Positions 49,601-61,267 of a DNA stretch of 64,000 nucleotides are shown here, piece after piece. Made by a program: the position numbers and the translations under genes. The first letter of the stretch is position 1; the number at the start of each line of letters is the position of its first letter. Origin of the DNA: Adineta vaga (taxonomy: Eukaryota; Animalia; Rotifera). Where the stretch lies: contig CP075493.1 of the NCBI GenBank assembly GCA_021613535.1, positions 13,764,001-13,828,000 of the forward strand, written 5' to 3'. Below the pieces are notes generated by a model. It saw nothing but the letters and a program-made list of their open reading frames with translations, did not search any database and was not told where the DNA came from.

Positions 49601-50779
49601 TTCAGTACCTATCAAGCTGGTCTTGTTAAACATTCTTTACAAGTCACCACAGAAGGAACAGCTACGTTCAGTTACAGTGAAAAAGGCAATAGGATCGATA
49701 GACAACCGACGGTAGTGTTTGTACATGGTCTCTCATCAAACAAGGAAACATGGCTTTCGATTATTAAGGTGAGCTATATGAGCAAATGCAGATGGTGAAT
49801 AAGATCATTTTATAGAACATTCCGGAAAATTATCATTGCATCGCCATTGATTTACCTGCACATGGTGAAACAGTTGGTTTGAATGAAGAACATTATTCGA
49901 TAGATAAATTTGTGGAAGCACTCAAACTGGTATTAAATTTTTCATTAGTTTTCTAACACTTTCTCTTTCATATTTTGTAAAATAATCTAGTTTTTCGATC
50001 TAAAGAATCTTACTAGTCCTATTTGTCTCGTGGGTGCATCTATGGGCGGTGCGATTGTTTCAATGTTTGCTCTTAAATACCCAAGTTGTGTTAGTATGAT
50101 CTGTTTACTAGCTCCTCCTGGTAAGTTTTTACAGTTTTTAATACAAGATAAAACGAACCTTCATAAACATATTTAGCTAATGAAGAATATGAAACTGATT
50201 TGGTTCAACGATTGCGTTCAGGTATATACAGTGCTCTTCTACCGGAAACACCTGAACAACTCTATGAAATGATCGATAAGTTAACAATAAAGAAGATTAA
50301 TTTACCTTGGCCAATTCTAAACGGTTTTCTTCATCTAAGATTACGTTTACTTGAGGAACATAAAAAAGGTAAGGGCGTTATATTGTTGCCACAACTTACA
50401 AAATATCTTCTTATTTATTTATGTTTAAAAAAGTACTTTCTTCACTTCTTGAATATGACTATCCACATCTAGATGTGTCTTATCAAAAGTTACGGCAATT
50501 GGACAAACCAGCATTGATTCTATGGGGTCGTCACGATCGTGTATGTTTACTTACATTCTTCTTAAAGTTTTCTAAGATATATATATATAGGTGTATACTG
50601 CGGCAGGTGCTGACTATTTTATGAAATTATTACCGAAAGCAGAAAAGAAAATTTTGGAAGATTGCGGTCATTTTATGGCTATCGACAAGCCGGATGAAAC
50701 GGCAAAATGTATCGTGACTTTCTTAGACACTCATCTCAATGATAACGTGAAAGAATTAGTAACACATTTGATTGACTAA
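49601..50779 (+). CDS. ABHD6-like monoacylglycerol lipase (multi-exon; first exon not located)
   Basis: FVHGLSSNKETW, IAIDLPAHGET, LVGASMGG, LILWGRHDRV and EDCGHF across GT-AG exons. Confidence 0.8.
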
Positions 50780-50889
50780 ATCTTTTTTTTTACCTTAATC
50801 ATGAAATAAACAACAAATATATTTCGTTAGTCTGTCATCTTCATCGGAAAACATATGTTCTCTTTTGTTTTCAGATTGATTTAGTAAAG

Positions 50890-52269
50890 ATGGGTCAAAT
50901 ATTAAGTACACTCAGTGTGGAAAAACGGCCACGCAATCCTTTCGAAGTCATGTGCCGTGAAAGATGGAAACGAGCAAAGTTATCTAAATATGTACCAGGT
51001 CAAGCATCAGATTTTTATTTTTTCTGCCGAAATGGTGAAATAGATAGAGTGCATCAAGTGCTTGACGCTGAAAATGCACCACCAATAGAACAATTAAATG
51101 AACTACAACCAAATGGTAGTACAGCACTACATGTTGCCACTTTTTACGGACATCGTGATATTGTTAAACTACTACTTGATCGAAATTGTCCTCGAACAGA
51201 GCTAAATCATTTCGGTAACACAGCTTATGAAGAGGCACAAAGTTCTGAGATGAGACAATTATTTGAACGTGCAAACTCGACTGATCGTTTTCATGAATCA
51301 GATCCAGCTCATGCAATTTCCGTTTACTTATCTGAAGAAAACGAGGAAGATTCAGCAACCAGTGAAACTCAACATTTTATACAAATGTTTCAAAATGAAG
51401 ATGAAATTTTTCAACATGCTCTCAATCAACAAACAACAGCCATGTGGCTTCAGTTTTACAATTGGTTCACACACACGTTTCGTGTATTTGTCGAACGTAA
51501 TGAGTTTCATATTGATCAATTTGATCTATTAAAACATGGCGATTTTCAACAGCTGCTCAAATCGAATTTATCTGATCCAGTTCGTTATCAACGAATAATG
51601 CAATTAGCTGATGAAGCGCGTCGACGCAATTCCATCGTACCCCTTATTGAATTGTATACTGATGAGATAGCTGGTTTCTATCGTTTTTGCAATCAACAAT
51701 TAACTCGTTCAACAAATGATGCTGCAAAGAGTCCTCATTTATGTGATCGATTTATTCTTGAATTTTATATACGTCATCATGAACTCCGACAACGTTCATT
51801 TATAGGTACCGTATATCGTGGTGCTACATTGTCTGAAAACGACTTAACTGTGTATAAACATGCGATGTCCAGTGATCCACCAGGTGTTCTCGGTCTTAAA
51901 GCATTCACATCGACATCAATAGATCCACTTGTTGCTCTTAGATTTGCAAATAATAATCCATCAACTGATGGTCACAAGAATGTTTTATTTGTTTTTGAAA
52001 TACAAAAAGTAACATCAACTATCTTTGGCATTGAAGATATTTCTCAATTTATTCAAGAACGTGAAGTACTTATCCTACCCAGCAATTTATTTATCGTTAC
52101 AAATATTCAAGAACATCTAGATATTCATATTACAAAAATTCATTTACGTCATTGGCATGTACCAGTACGCTTTTGGACAAAAATGAAACAGACATTGCAT
52201 GCAGGAAGAAAGAGTGTTATTGGAGATACTGCACATTTACGCCAGAAGAAAATTAACTTGAGCGTGTGA
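50890..52269 (+). CDS. Ankyrin-repeat plus R-S-E-type ADP-ribosyltransferase, intronless
   Basis: NGSTALHVATFYGHRDIVKLLL; VYRG, FTSTS and QEREVLI; N-terminal MGQILS fits the MGxxxS myristoylation pattern. Confidence 0.88.
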   Translation: MGQILSTLSVEKRPRNPFEVMCRERWKRAKLSKYVPGQASDFYFFCRNGEIDRVHQVLDAENAPPIEQLNELQPNGSTALHVATFYGHRDIVKLLLDRNCPRTELNHFGNTAYEEAQSSEMRQLFERANSTDRFHESDPAHAISVYLSEENEEDSATSETQHFIQMFQNEDEIFQHALNQQTTAMWLQFYNWFTHTFRVFVERNEFHIDQFDLLKHGDFQQLLKSNLSDPVRYQRIMQLADEARRRNSIVPLIELYTDEIAGFYRFCNQQLTRSTNDAAKSPHLCDRFILEFYIRHHELRQRSFIGTVYRGATLSENDLTVYKHAMSSDPPGVLGLKAFTSTSIDPLVALRFANNNPSTDGHKNVLFVFEIQKVTSTIFGIEDISQFIQEREVLILPSNLFIVTNIQEHLDIHITKIHLRHWHVPVRFWTKMKQTLHAGRKSVIGDTAHLRQKKINLSV

Positions 52270-52514
52270 AGATATATAACCAATATTTATACATATAACC
52301 TCGATAAATGATTGAATTGCAATATGTTATACATCACCGAAGAAGCATTTGTCTTCTTAAGACTTTTTATCTATAACTGTATCAATAGTCTTTCATGAAC
52401 AGCATTCCCTGATAGAATATTGTATTTTTTTCAGTCATATTTTAAAGCAGTCAGTTGAACAGAAATACAGTTGCTCGTATGTCATGCGACAATCTTCGCT
52501 TACAAATACTTCGT

Positions 52515-53237
52515 CTATGTGTTTAATAATTGCTGAATTTTCGAATAAAGTTTAGCATCCCAAATTTCATAGCCATGTTCATTGAGATGTACATTGTCAG
52601 CTAAATGATGAAGCTGTATTTCATCAGGTGATTCCATCCAATGAAGACGATTGTTCCCTTGTGTATTGATGCTGTCGACAAATTGTTTTATAGCCGCATT
52701 TGATTGTGCAACACACTGTTCGTCAACGTCTGTTCGTTTAAAAAGAGCTGTAACAAGTATCTGTGTTTGAATGGGAAAAACTATTAGTAAACTTTGCAAT
52801 AACAGATGATAGTTATCTAATTCCAAACCATGCAATGCTCTTTTAGGTCGAAGATTGTTTGTACCCACTTGTAATACAATAAGTTTCGGATTTTTATCTT
52901 TCAACATGTTGAATAATCCCAATTGAATACGATATAATATATTTTCAATCTTATCTCCGCCTACACCAGCATTGAAGACTTGCGGATATGGTAGCTGACC
53001 AATTTGTGTATTCTTTCCGGTAGTTTTGAATCTTTCCAACATAGAATCACCCAGAAGAACAATGTTGATTTGTGACGAAACATCACATACAGTTGTTAAA
53101 GAAGAATTTTCTAATTGTGGTTGATGAACTTCAGTATGTGTATCATGAGAGCGTTGTTTAAAACGAGCCCGTTCATTAATTAAAGCTTCGAGTTGTGCAG
53201 CAGAAAGGGACTGACTTTGACGTAATGTTGATGACAT
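52515..53237 (-). CDS. SGNH/GDSL hydrolase (PAF-AH Ib-like), intronless
   Basis: Blocks LGDSM, GVGGD, GTNN and DNVH. Confidence 0.88.
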   Translation of the reverse strand: MSSTLRQSQSLSAAQLEALINERARFKQRSHDTHTEVHQPQLENSSLTTVCDVSSQINIVLLGDSMLERFKTTGKNTQIGQLPYPQVFNAGVGGDKIENILYRIQLGLFNMLKDKNPKLIVLQVGTNNLRPKRALHGLELDNYHLLLQSLLIVFPIQTQILVTALFKRTDVDEQCVAQSNAAIKQFVDSINTQGNNRLHWMESPDEIQLHHLADNVHLNEHGYEIWDAKLYSKIQQLLNT

Positions 53238-53972
53238 TTTTTCGAATGATGGACATCAATTTTCTTTCGACAATGCACCCTTAAAATAACGCTACCAATG
53301 ATGACGTTATAGAGAGAAAAAAAAATAAGAAAAAGAACGAAGAACAAAATAAATTTCATGTAATTTCATCAATCAGCGTAAGAACGAATAGTGACTCAAT
53401 ATTCATTACGCCATATTGTGTCAATACTCCACACATTAATTTCACTCGCTTATCGAGGCACTAGAGTAAGTGAATAAGGGTGCGAGTATGGGCGATAAAT
53501 ATGATCAGCAGCGTATCTACTCACACTTTACTTCAATTTTAATTATAACTTTAAAGCATTACTTTTCACCAGACTGGTACAAAAATTATGCAAGCGATTT
53601 AGAAACTGTTATTTTATATTGAAAGCATGCATTGATTTATACAAAGTACGTTGAAAAGAATATTTTGTGAGTGAAATTTTCATTACATGTTCGACAATAT
53701 GAATCTTTGTCTATTGCTATGTTTCATGGAGATTATATTGAACTCCAATGGCATTCTAGGAAGATCATAAACCTCCTACACTCACCGAAATTCACATCTA
53801 GATGTACTTTGAATATTGGCATTCTTCTCAATAGATAATTAGTTGAGAATTTTATTGAAGTAAAATCAAAAGCATTCATGTGTTTTTATTCAGAAGAATT
53901 TAAAAATAATTAGTATTATATAGATCATACTCACTATATTTTAAAGTTTTTATCACTTTTCAAAAGTTTATA

Positions 53973-54980
53973 TTAACGACCAGCTACTACTGAGCTAGAA
54001 TTACAAACACAAGTATTCGGACAAAACGGTAAAGTGGTTGTTGTAGTTTCGGTAGTAGTTGACGTTGATGAAGTTGAAGTTGATGAAGTTGACGAAGTTG
54101 ATGTTGATGATGTTGATGTAGTGGAAGTTGATGAAGTGGAGGTTGATGAAGTTGATGTAGATGAAGTCGATGAAGTAGAAGTTGATGAGGTCGAAGTCGA
54201 TGAAGTTGATGAAGTTGACGAAGTTGATGTGGCTGAAGTTGTTGTAGTATCCGTTGTTGTTGTACTAGTTGTTGAAGCTGATGAGAAATAAATAAAAATT
54301 AAGTATTCGAAGAATGTGAACAATTTTCATAAGGAAATCAATAGAGGATGTATAGATAGGCTATTATTATCATTATTTCTTCTTTTTATCAATTGTGCTT
54401 TCACATATAATCTCCCAACTTTGTTCTTGAAGATAATAGTACTCACTTGATGTCGTTGTTGTCGTTGTAGTAGTTGTAGTCGTTGTTGTTGTGGCTATAA
54501 TACGTGAAAAATAATTATGTTACACCTATATTCAGTTCAAATTCTATTTTATGATAGACAAGTTGTTTTTATCAAATTTATGAGTATCGTTATCTTATTC
54601 TATGAGGTTAAACATATTTTCTGTTGGCCTATTTACTTGTTGTATCACTTTTTATCAGTGTAGGTATTAAAATACCCAATGCCAAAAGGACACCAATAAC
54701 ACAAGCACCGATCAAGAATACTGCAATAAAACGTCTTCGTCGTGTCCAAAATCTATGACATTCATATAAAAATTTACGGATTCATCAAAAACTAGAATAT
54801 AGTAAAGAGAAAACATACGTGGTTCGTGCTCTTTTCGATTCAATAACTCGCAGTTCTCTCATATCCATACTAACTAATCTAGCTGAACTGCTAGATACCT
54901 AGACAATGTTAAAGTCAGTTCATTTATCCATAAAAGACACAATTAATAACACTTACGTTACTTCCTTCTCGACTTGTCAT
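53973..54980 (-). CDS. Type II membrane mucin-like protein with Ser/Thr stalk and short Cys-rich tip (about 5 exons)
   Basis: ATG at 54980; TM exon ~54638-54752 (RRRFIAVFLIGACVIGVLLALGILIP); Thr-run exon 54447-54495; Ser/Thr exon 53973-54278 ending FCPNTCVCN. Confidence 0.7.
54056..54240. repeat. Low-complexity coding repeat (Ser/Thr codons)
   Basis: GATGAAGTT-like 9-15-nt units. Confidence 0.8.
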
Positions 54981-56611
54981 TATTGTTCGAACTAGAAATA
55001 GTTAATTATTAATATCTACAAGGACAAAAATGTACAGTGATAAACAAAGTATTTCTTTGTTAAACTCGCAGTACGTTTTTTGAATAACATATGAGATGAT
55101 GCTATTACTCTATATATGTATAGTCACAGTTCTCGATGCGAATGGAAACGTTACTAAAACAAATTTTTGTAATGCTTATTAAAAAGAGAATTCTAACTAA
55201 CATCAACATAATCCATTAATAATTTTCTTTTTTTTACATGACTACCGTTATACATTTCGAGCGCTGAGAACATTCTTCTTATTATTGTTAACATAATAAG
55301 ACAAAAGGAATTTTTCGTTTTTGTAACGAGGCACGAGAAAAGAACGAGACCATTGTTTATATATTTTGAACTACATTTTATTTTCAGACAAAAACTTAAA
55401 TGCAATAACTGAGAAACATTAAAAACTAAAGTAATTGATTAACACAATAAGATTCAATTGCAATGCCTCAAGAATTTGTTTTCAGTCATATTCGTTTCTG
55501 AAACTAGTTGCATATTGAGTGTATCGGTATAGTTGTGCAAATTATTTTTTCCGTTTTAGTCTCGAAAATGCTTTATACTATAAAATATTCTTTGAGTACA
55601 AAATTTTAGTGCAAAAGAACAAAATATTAAAGTATTTACATCGCTTTAATGTAGAACAGAGAGAGAGAGAAAGAAAGAAAGAAAGTTTGGATGAAGGTAG
55701 AATAATGTTAATTGTAAACAACAGACTGAAAAAGAAAAGTTCAAAGTAAATATGTACATGCACGGGTACTTTTTTGCATAAATAGACGCAAAAGAATTAG
55801 TTTTTTCTTCGATGTTGCTCTGAGTAATTATACATTTATAAATTTCAATGATGTCAGACTTATGTATATTCTTTCTCGTCAGTTTTTTTAGCACAAAAAC
55901 TTAATATTTTATCATCGTAGAATATTTCTGAAGATTGAAATCGTATACAGTCCGTTTTGAGTTTAATTCTTTGATATAGGTTCTATCTTTCATATTATTT
56001 ATTGTTCGATCAACAATATATCCGAAAACGAATGATTCTATATGAATCCATCCCATACTCAATTCTTAAAAATAAAGTATTGTATTTCTAATTATTTATA
56101 AGTTTACTTTTTTTTAGAGTTTCTACTCGTCGCATCGAGCATTTCCAAAGATGAATGAATATCGCATGATAGTCATTAACAGACCGATCATTATAGTCTA
56201 AATGTGTTTCAGAATTACTAATTCTAATCTATTCAATTCCAAATATTTTACAGAGGAATTAAGAAAAGAACACAAAAGTATTATAAGTATATAAACTATA
56301 CAACTTGCTTTCGATGAATCTATAATTAAGAAACACAATGATTGATTTCTTTTTTAATTATCATAAATTAGTTTGTCTTCGAAGTAATTTCTCGAATAAG
56401 ATTATCTCACAGTAAACATCTTGAACTGAAAATATATAAATGCCAGCAATGCATAACTGTCCTTCGTTCAACACATTCTAAACGAATAGGTCAAAGTGCA
56501 GAACGAAAAGTACGTTCGAGTACGCAGACCTTCGATTTTCTTTCTTTCTCTCGCTGTTCATTAACAGTATATAATACGACCGATCGAACAAACGAGTACA
56601 TTACAGTAAAA

Positions 56612-58115
56612 ATGATGTTCATCGTATTCTTGACTGTCGTATTAGTTTTCTGTACATTACCAGCAGAGAATTCTAATCATATTCTCGTCATTGCTCCACC
56701 TTTGCTAAGTCATATGATTCGTAAGTAATTTTTATTTAAAAAATATCGACTCGAAACTATTTTGTTTTCAAATGTTAGCTTCATTAGAACTTGCTAAACA
56801 ATTATCATCTTATTGTCATGTTACATATCTTATTTCAGCAAATAAAATCATTGAACTTGAACGTAAAGGATTTATTCCTGGTTCAAATACTAGTAACACA
56901 CTTGATATTGTTGGATTAATTGATGGAAATGATTATTTTCCTGAATTTGAAATTGCAGATTCTCAAATAAGTTTAAATAATATTACACAGGTATATGTTT
57001 CTAAACAATATTTCAATGAATCTCTTGAGATGATTTTTTTTAAACAGATAAGTATTGACAATGATCAAAAGTTATTATTTACCAGTATAATGAATCGAAT
57101 GAGTAGAGGATTGAATGATTTATTTCAATCGAATTTTCAATCACCTCTTACTCGACATATTTCATTACCTATTGATATGATTATTATTCGAGCATTTGCT
57201 CCTATACCTTCAATAAATATTTCTATACCAATTCATTTATTTCTACCAAGTAATCTTCGAGGTGTTGTTAATTATATACGTCATTATAAAGCAAATGATA
57301 GTACAGGATTAAAAGAAGTAGGTGATTATATTCGAGGAAATATTCAACATGCAAATGGTTTTATTTGTAATTCATTAAAAGAATTTGATGGAAAATATGT
57401 TGAAGGATTTCATCGATCATCTGGTAATTTAGCACCCATTCGTTTTATTGGTCCACTCATTTTTAATAGTCAACAATCGATAGAAAATCATGTAAAAAAT
57501 TTGATTGAATAGAATTTCGTACATAGATCAATATCTTTCTTCTTATTTTAGGCTAAAAATATCATTGATTGGCTTGATAAACAACCAACAGCTTCTGTTA
57601 TTTATATCGCTTTTGGTTCAGTAGCTCGTATACCATCAAATGCTATTGATATTATTGCTCATGCATTAAGTCATCATTCATTTATTTGGTCATTAAAAAC
57701 GAAACAAACTCTCCCATCATCATTAGACAATATTGATCCTGATCGTCAACTTATTCTTGAATGGACACCTGAACGTGCTATATTATCGCATCCTTCCATC
57801 GCATTCTTCTTTTCACATGGTGGATGGAATTCTCTTTTAGAAAGTATGTTACATGGAAAAGCGATACTTGTATGGCCTTTCTTTGCTGATCAATTTGATA
57901 ATGCTCTGCAAGTTGTTGATATGGGTATGGCTCGACAAGTTTCAAATAATCTTGAATATGATATTGAACATATGTTTAATAATCATAGTTATTCAAATAA
58001 GGCAAAAGAAGTTCAACAATTAGTTATTCAAGCTCGAGAGAATACATCTAAAGAGCAAATTGTTGATATTGTTCGACTTATTTCAAATCATCGACAATTA
58101 TATGATGAACTTTAA
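56612..58115 (+). CDS. GT1 UDP-glycosyltransferase of plant/fungal-like type with signal peptide (4 exons)
   Basis: PPLLSHMI, ICNSLKEFD, FIGPL, DWLDKQPTASVIYIAFGS and a PSPG-like box WTPERAILSHPSIAFFFSHGGWNSLLES...WPFFADQ. Introns 56721-56778, 56991-57047 and 57492-57551. Confidence 0.88.
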
Positions 58116-58767
58116 TTTAATGTTTGTATCTTATTAAAAATTCACTTTTTTATTTCTAATATTAAATAAAATCTAAGAGTGTGAGTGCATAGGAATTGTA
58201 ATGCTTTCTCTTTATGGGGGTTTGAATGTTGGATATATATCTTATTCAGAATCACATTCAGATTTGTGCTCACTTTGGCTGTGAATATAAATTATCATAG
58301 GTTTTCTCATGAAAAATAAAAGAGAAAAAGATAAAGTCCAAAGCAAACGTTCATTCGTAAGTTTCATGAGAATCAATGTAGATGAAGAGATTCGTGGTAT
58401 TCAGCACTTAATTAATAATAATCAACAGTATATCGATGATTTAGAGACAAATATAACTATTCAATAACTGTTACTCACTGAACAACTGAAGATGATGCAT
58501 AAAGTACCATATACCTGTCAAGGAAAAACTAAAACCGTTGTATTTCACAAGTCTTTCCGGATATACAGAACAATGATCAACTACCAGGGATGACATCGAT
58601 GCATGAATTGGATTTGCTGTTTATCTTAATTCATACTCAGGAACTGAAACACCTGATGAAACATTAGCCAGAATGTCATATCGAAAATGAAAATTGAAGT
58701 ACATACAAAGTCTCTCAATATAGTTTTGGGAAATGAGAAAGACAAATATTTTCAGAGAAAACTGAAT

Positions 58768-59725
58768 TTATTCCGATCCAGTAAATAATTTAGCAAAGTC
58801 TTTGTTCTTCTTACAGCTAAAAAGAAAAAATTCGTATTTTGAAAAGAGAAAACATCAATTTCTACTCAATTACCCTTGTATAAATTGTTGTTTATTCAAT
58901 TTTTGTGTTTTATTACGACCGAATTCTTGAAAAATATTTTCAGCTATTTGATTCGAATCAGATATTGCTGATATTCTTCGTCCAAATATCAATATTATCT
59001 TTGAAGAAAGTAGAGTAATATCATTCGTCAAGAAAAAGAAAAGAATCTTACCGCTTTTTCTAAATAATTTTTCAATTCATCAAAACTGAGTTGGCCATCA
59101 CCTGATGTATCCATTCTTAAGATAAAAGAAATTTGTATATTCAATCTTTTTTCTAAACATTCAAACGAATACGTACAGTTCGAAAGAAAAATCTAATACA
59201 CTATCTATATCTTTTTTATTCTGAGCTAAGATAGCAAAAGTAAATTCAGTAAAATTAATATAACCATCATGATTCGTATCAAATGCAGCAAATGTATTAC
59301 TAAATAATTTCAAAAAAATAATACATAAAAGTACAAGTCTCGAAATTTACTCAGCTAAGATTCCATCTTTATCAATATGTCCAGCAACTTTCTTATAATA
59401 TTTATGAAATTCTTCTTTCGTTATTTTTCCATCACCTGCTCCACCTCCTTGTTGGAATTGCTTAGATGATGAAAACATCGTATTTTTCAAATATTCCTCA
59501 ATGAATTTTCTTACTTCATACAATTGGTGAATTTCTAAAGGAAATTTTATACAATAATTATGTGTTTTCATACATTTTCTTACGTGATTCATTGAGTTTT
59601 GAATTTTCTTTAATTACAGCGATTTCTAGAAAAATAAAATAGTTTTAATCGATCGTTGAAAAAGAATAAAACCAACCTCCTTTGCTTAATTTTCCTGAGT
59701 AATCTTTCGATGCGTCGTTACCCAT
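58768..59725 (-). CDS. Myristoylated EF-hand protein of neuronal calcium sensor / recoverin type (multi-exon)
   Basis: MGNDAS start; EF loops DTNHDGYINFTE and DTSGDGQLSFDE; C-terminal FIQG|CKKNKDF. Confidence 0.8.
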
Positions 59726-61267
59726 AATTATGCTTGTTTCGAATGAAAACGACATTCTTCTATACTCTAATGAATATATAATTATGGTACAATATCCCAG
59801 GTAGACTAGGCATATTCTGTTTTTTAACATTATCAATATCATTTATAATGAGTGAAAAATACATAAAAAGAAAAGATCAAATTACTTTGATTGACTATAA
59901 GAATTATTCTTCCTCGAGCAATGAAATATAATGTACAGATGAATTGTATATCTGGGAATGTAAATATGAGTATCCTCTCTTGTGTTTCTTTCATACAACC
60001 ATCTCATAAAAGATTGATCATGTGTAAATACAAAGATTTTTTCCACTTTTTTTAAACATAATAAAAAAGTTTCTAAATGTTCTACTCGTACTTTCTGAAA
60101 AGAAAACTGAACTTACAAAAATACCGATTGATTTCTTATTAATATAAATTACCGAATATACTTTTGACAAAAATCGAACAGCTCTAGAATTTATATTTCA
60201 TATAAATATGAATTTAGTGTTTATGAACATTATTTGAGAGTGTTTTAAAGTTATTTTTAAACAAGTGTCATACAGGAACTTTTGTTCTTGCATTTAACGT
60301 TTGACACACGATTGATCATGAATGAAGACAAAATGTTGATCACAGTTAATTATGAACATTACATAAAGTTCCTAGCATGGCCTTTTCCATAGTGAAGGAA
60401 AACGTTTCTTAGTAATAGTTGTGTTTCATTTATTAAATTTTACAACTCAAAGTAAGTTGCTCTCTTTCTCGTTTGAGGAACTTGTCTAAACTGATTTGCA
60501 ATCTTTAGTTCAAATCCTTACGTGCATTTGGTCAAAATATAGTTATTAGAACTAGTGAGTATTGATTTGATCTTGCATTATTAGATACTATAAGATGGAT
60601 AGAATGATTGTTCAATCGATTTTCATATAAAGAGATGTTACGAGCAGTCATCCTATTCCGCGATGTTGAACATTTCGGAGTCGGTTCTAGCCTAGGAGCC
60701 AGTTCATTTGGTATTTGGAGCAGTAGGGTAATTCCGGGAATTGGTCGAAACTGATTCCGGAATGTGCAACATCGCGGAATAGGAAGTATTCTCTTGTCTT
60801 AGAAAATCCAAAAGATTTGTATCTAACGAGTTGGTTAAGTTCTGTTCCTCAATACTCTTATGTTTTATGCTATAATACTGATGAAATTCAACTGCTTGAG
60901 AATGTTCCTGAATCATCAGTTTTCTGCTTAATAAAAAAAAGAAGAAATCCTACGCTAGGTGTTTTTTAAGGAGTTCGAGAGTTTCGATCTTAAATTTCAG
61001 TTCAAAATTTATTTGAGAAAATTTTCTTATCAATACGATTGACCGTTAAAGGGGTATTTCTCTTCCGTAGTAAATTACGCATTCGTAAAGATTCTTAAAG
61101 GGTAAAATAAACATCAGTAGAAACTGAAAGTGCAAATGTAAATTGGAAAAAAAAGTTCCTGTCGACCCTAAAAGAACAGAGGAAAAATAGATGTAAACAA
61201 CAATCTCTGTAATTACAGAAATTGAGAGTAACAAAAACTTTTCAATTGCTTTTTCTTTAATCATTTA

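Noticed and set aside
41366-53237. Bacterial or fungal contamination
   Set aside because: Base composition is uniform and these genes are interleaved with genes carrying the same short spliceosomal introns.
54034-54291. Plus-strand Val/Asp/Glu-rich ORF (and the similar minus-strand ORF 4178-4435)
   Set aside because: Antisense shadows of Ser/Thr-repeat exons.
58360-58700. Coding-like remnant (also 40843-40960)
   Set aside because: Interrupted by stops; no family recognisable.
60640-60940. Higher-GC stretch with a 70-aa ORF, possibly transposon-derived
   Set aside because: No recognisable motif.
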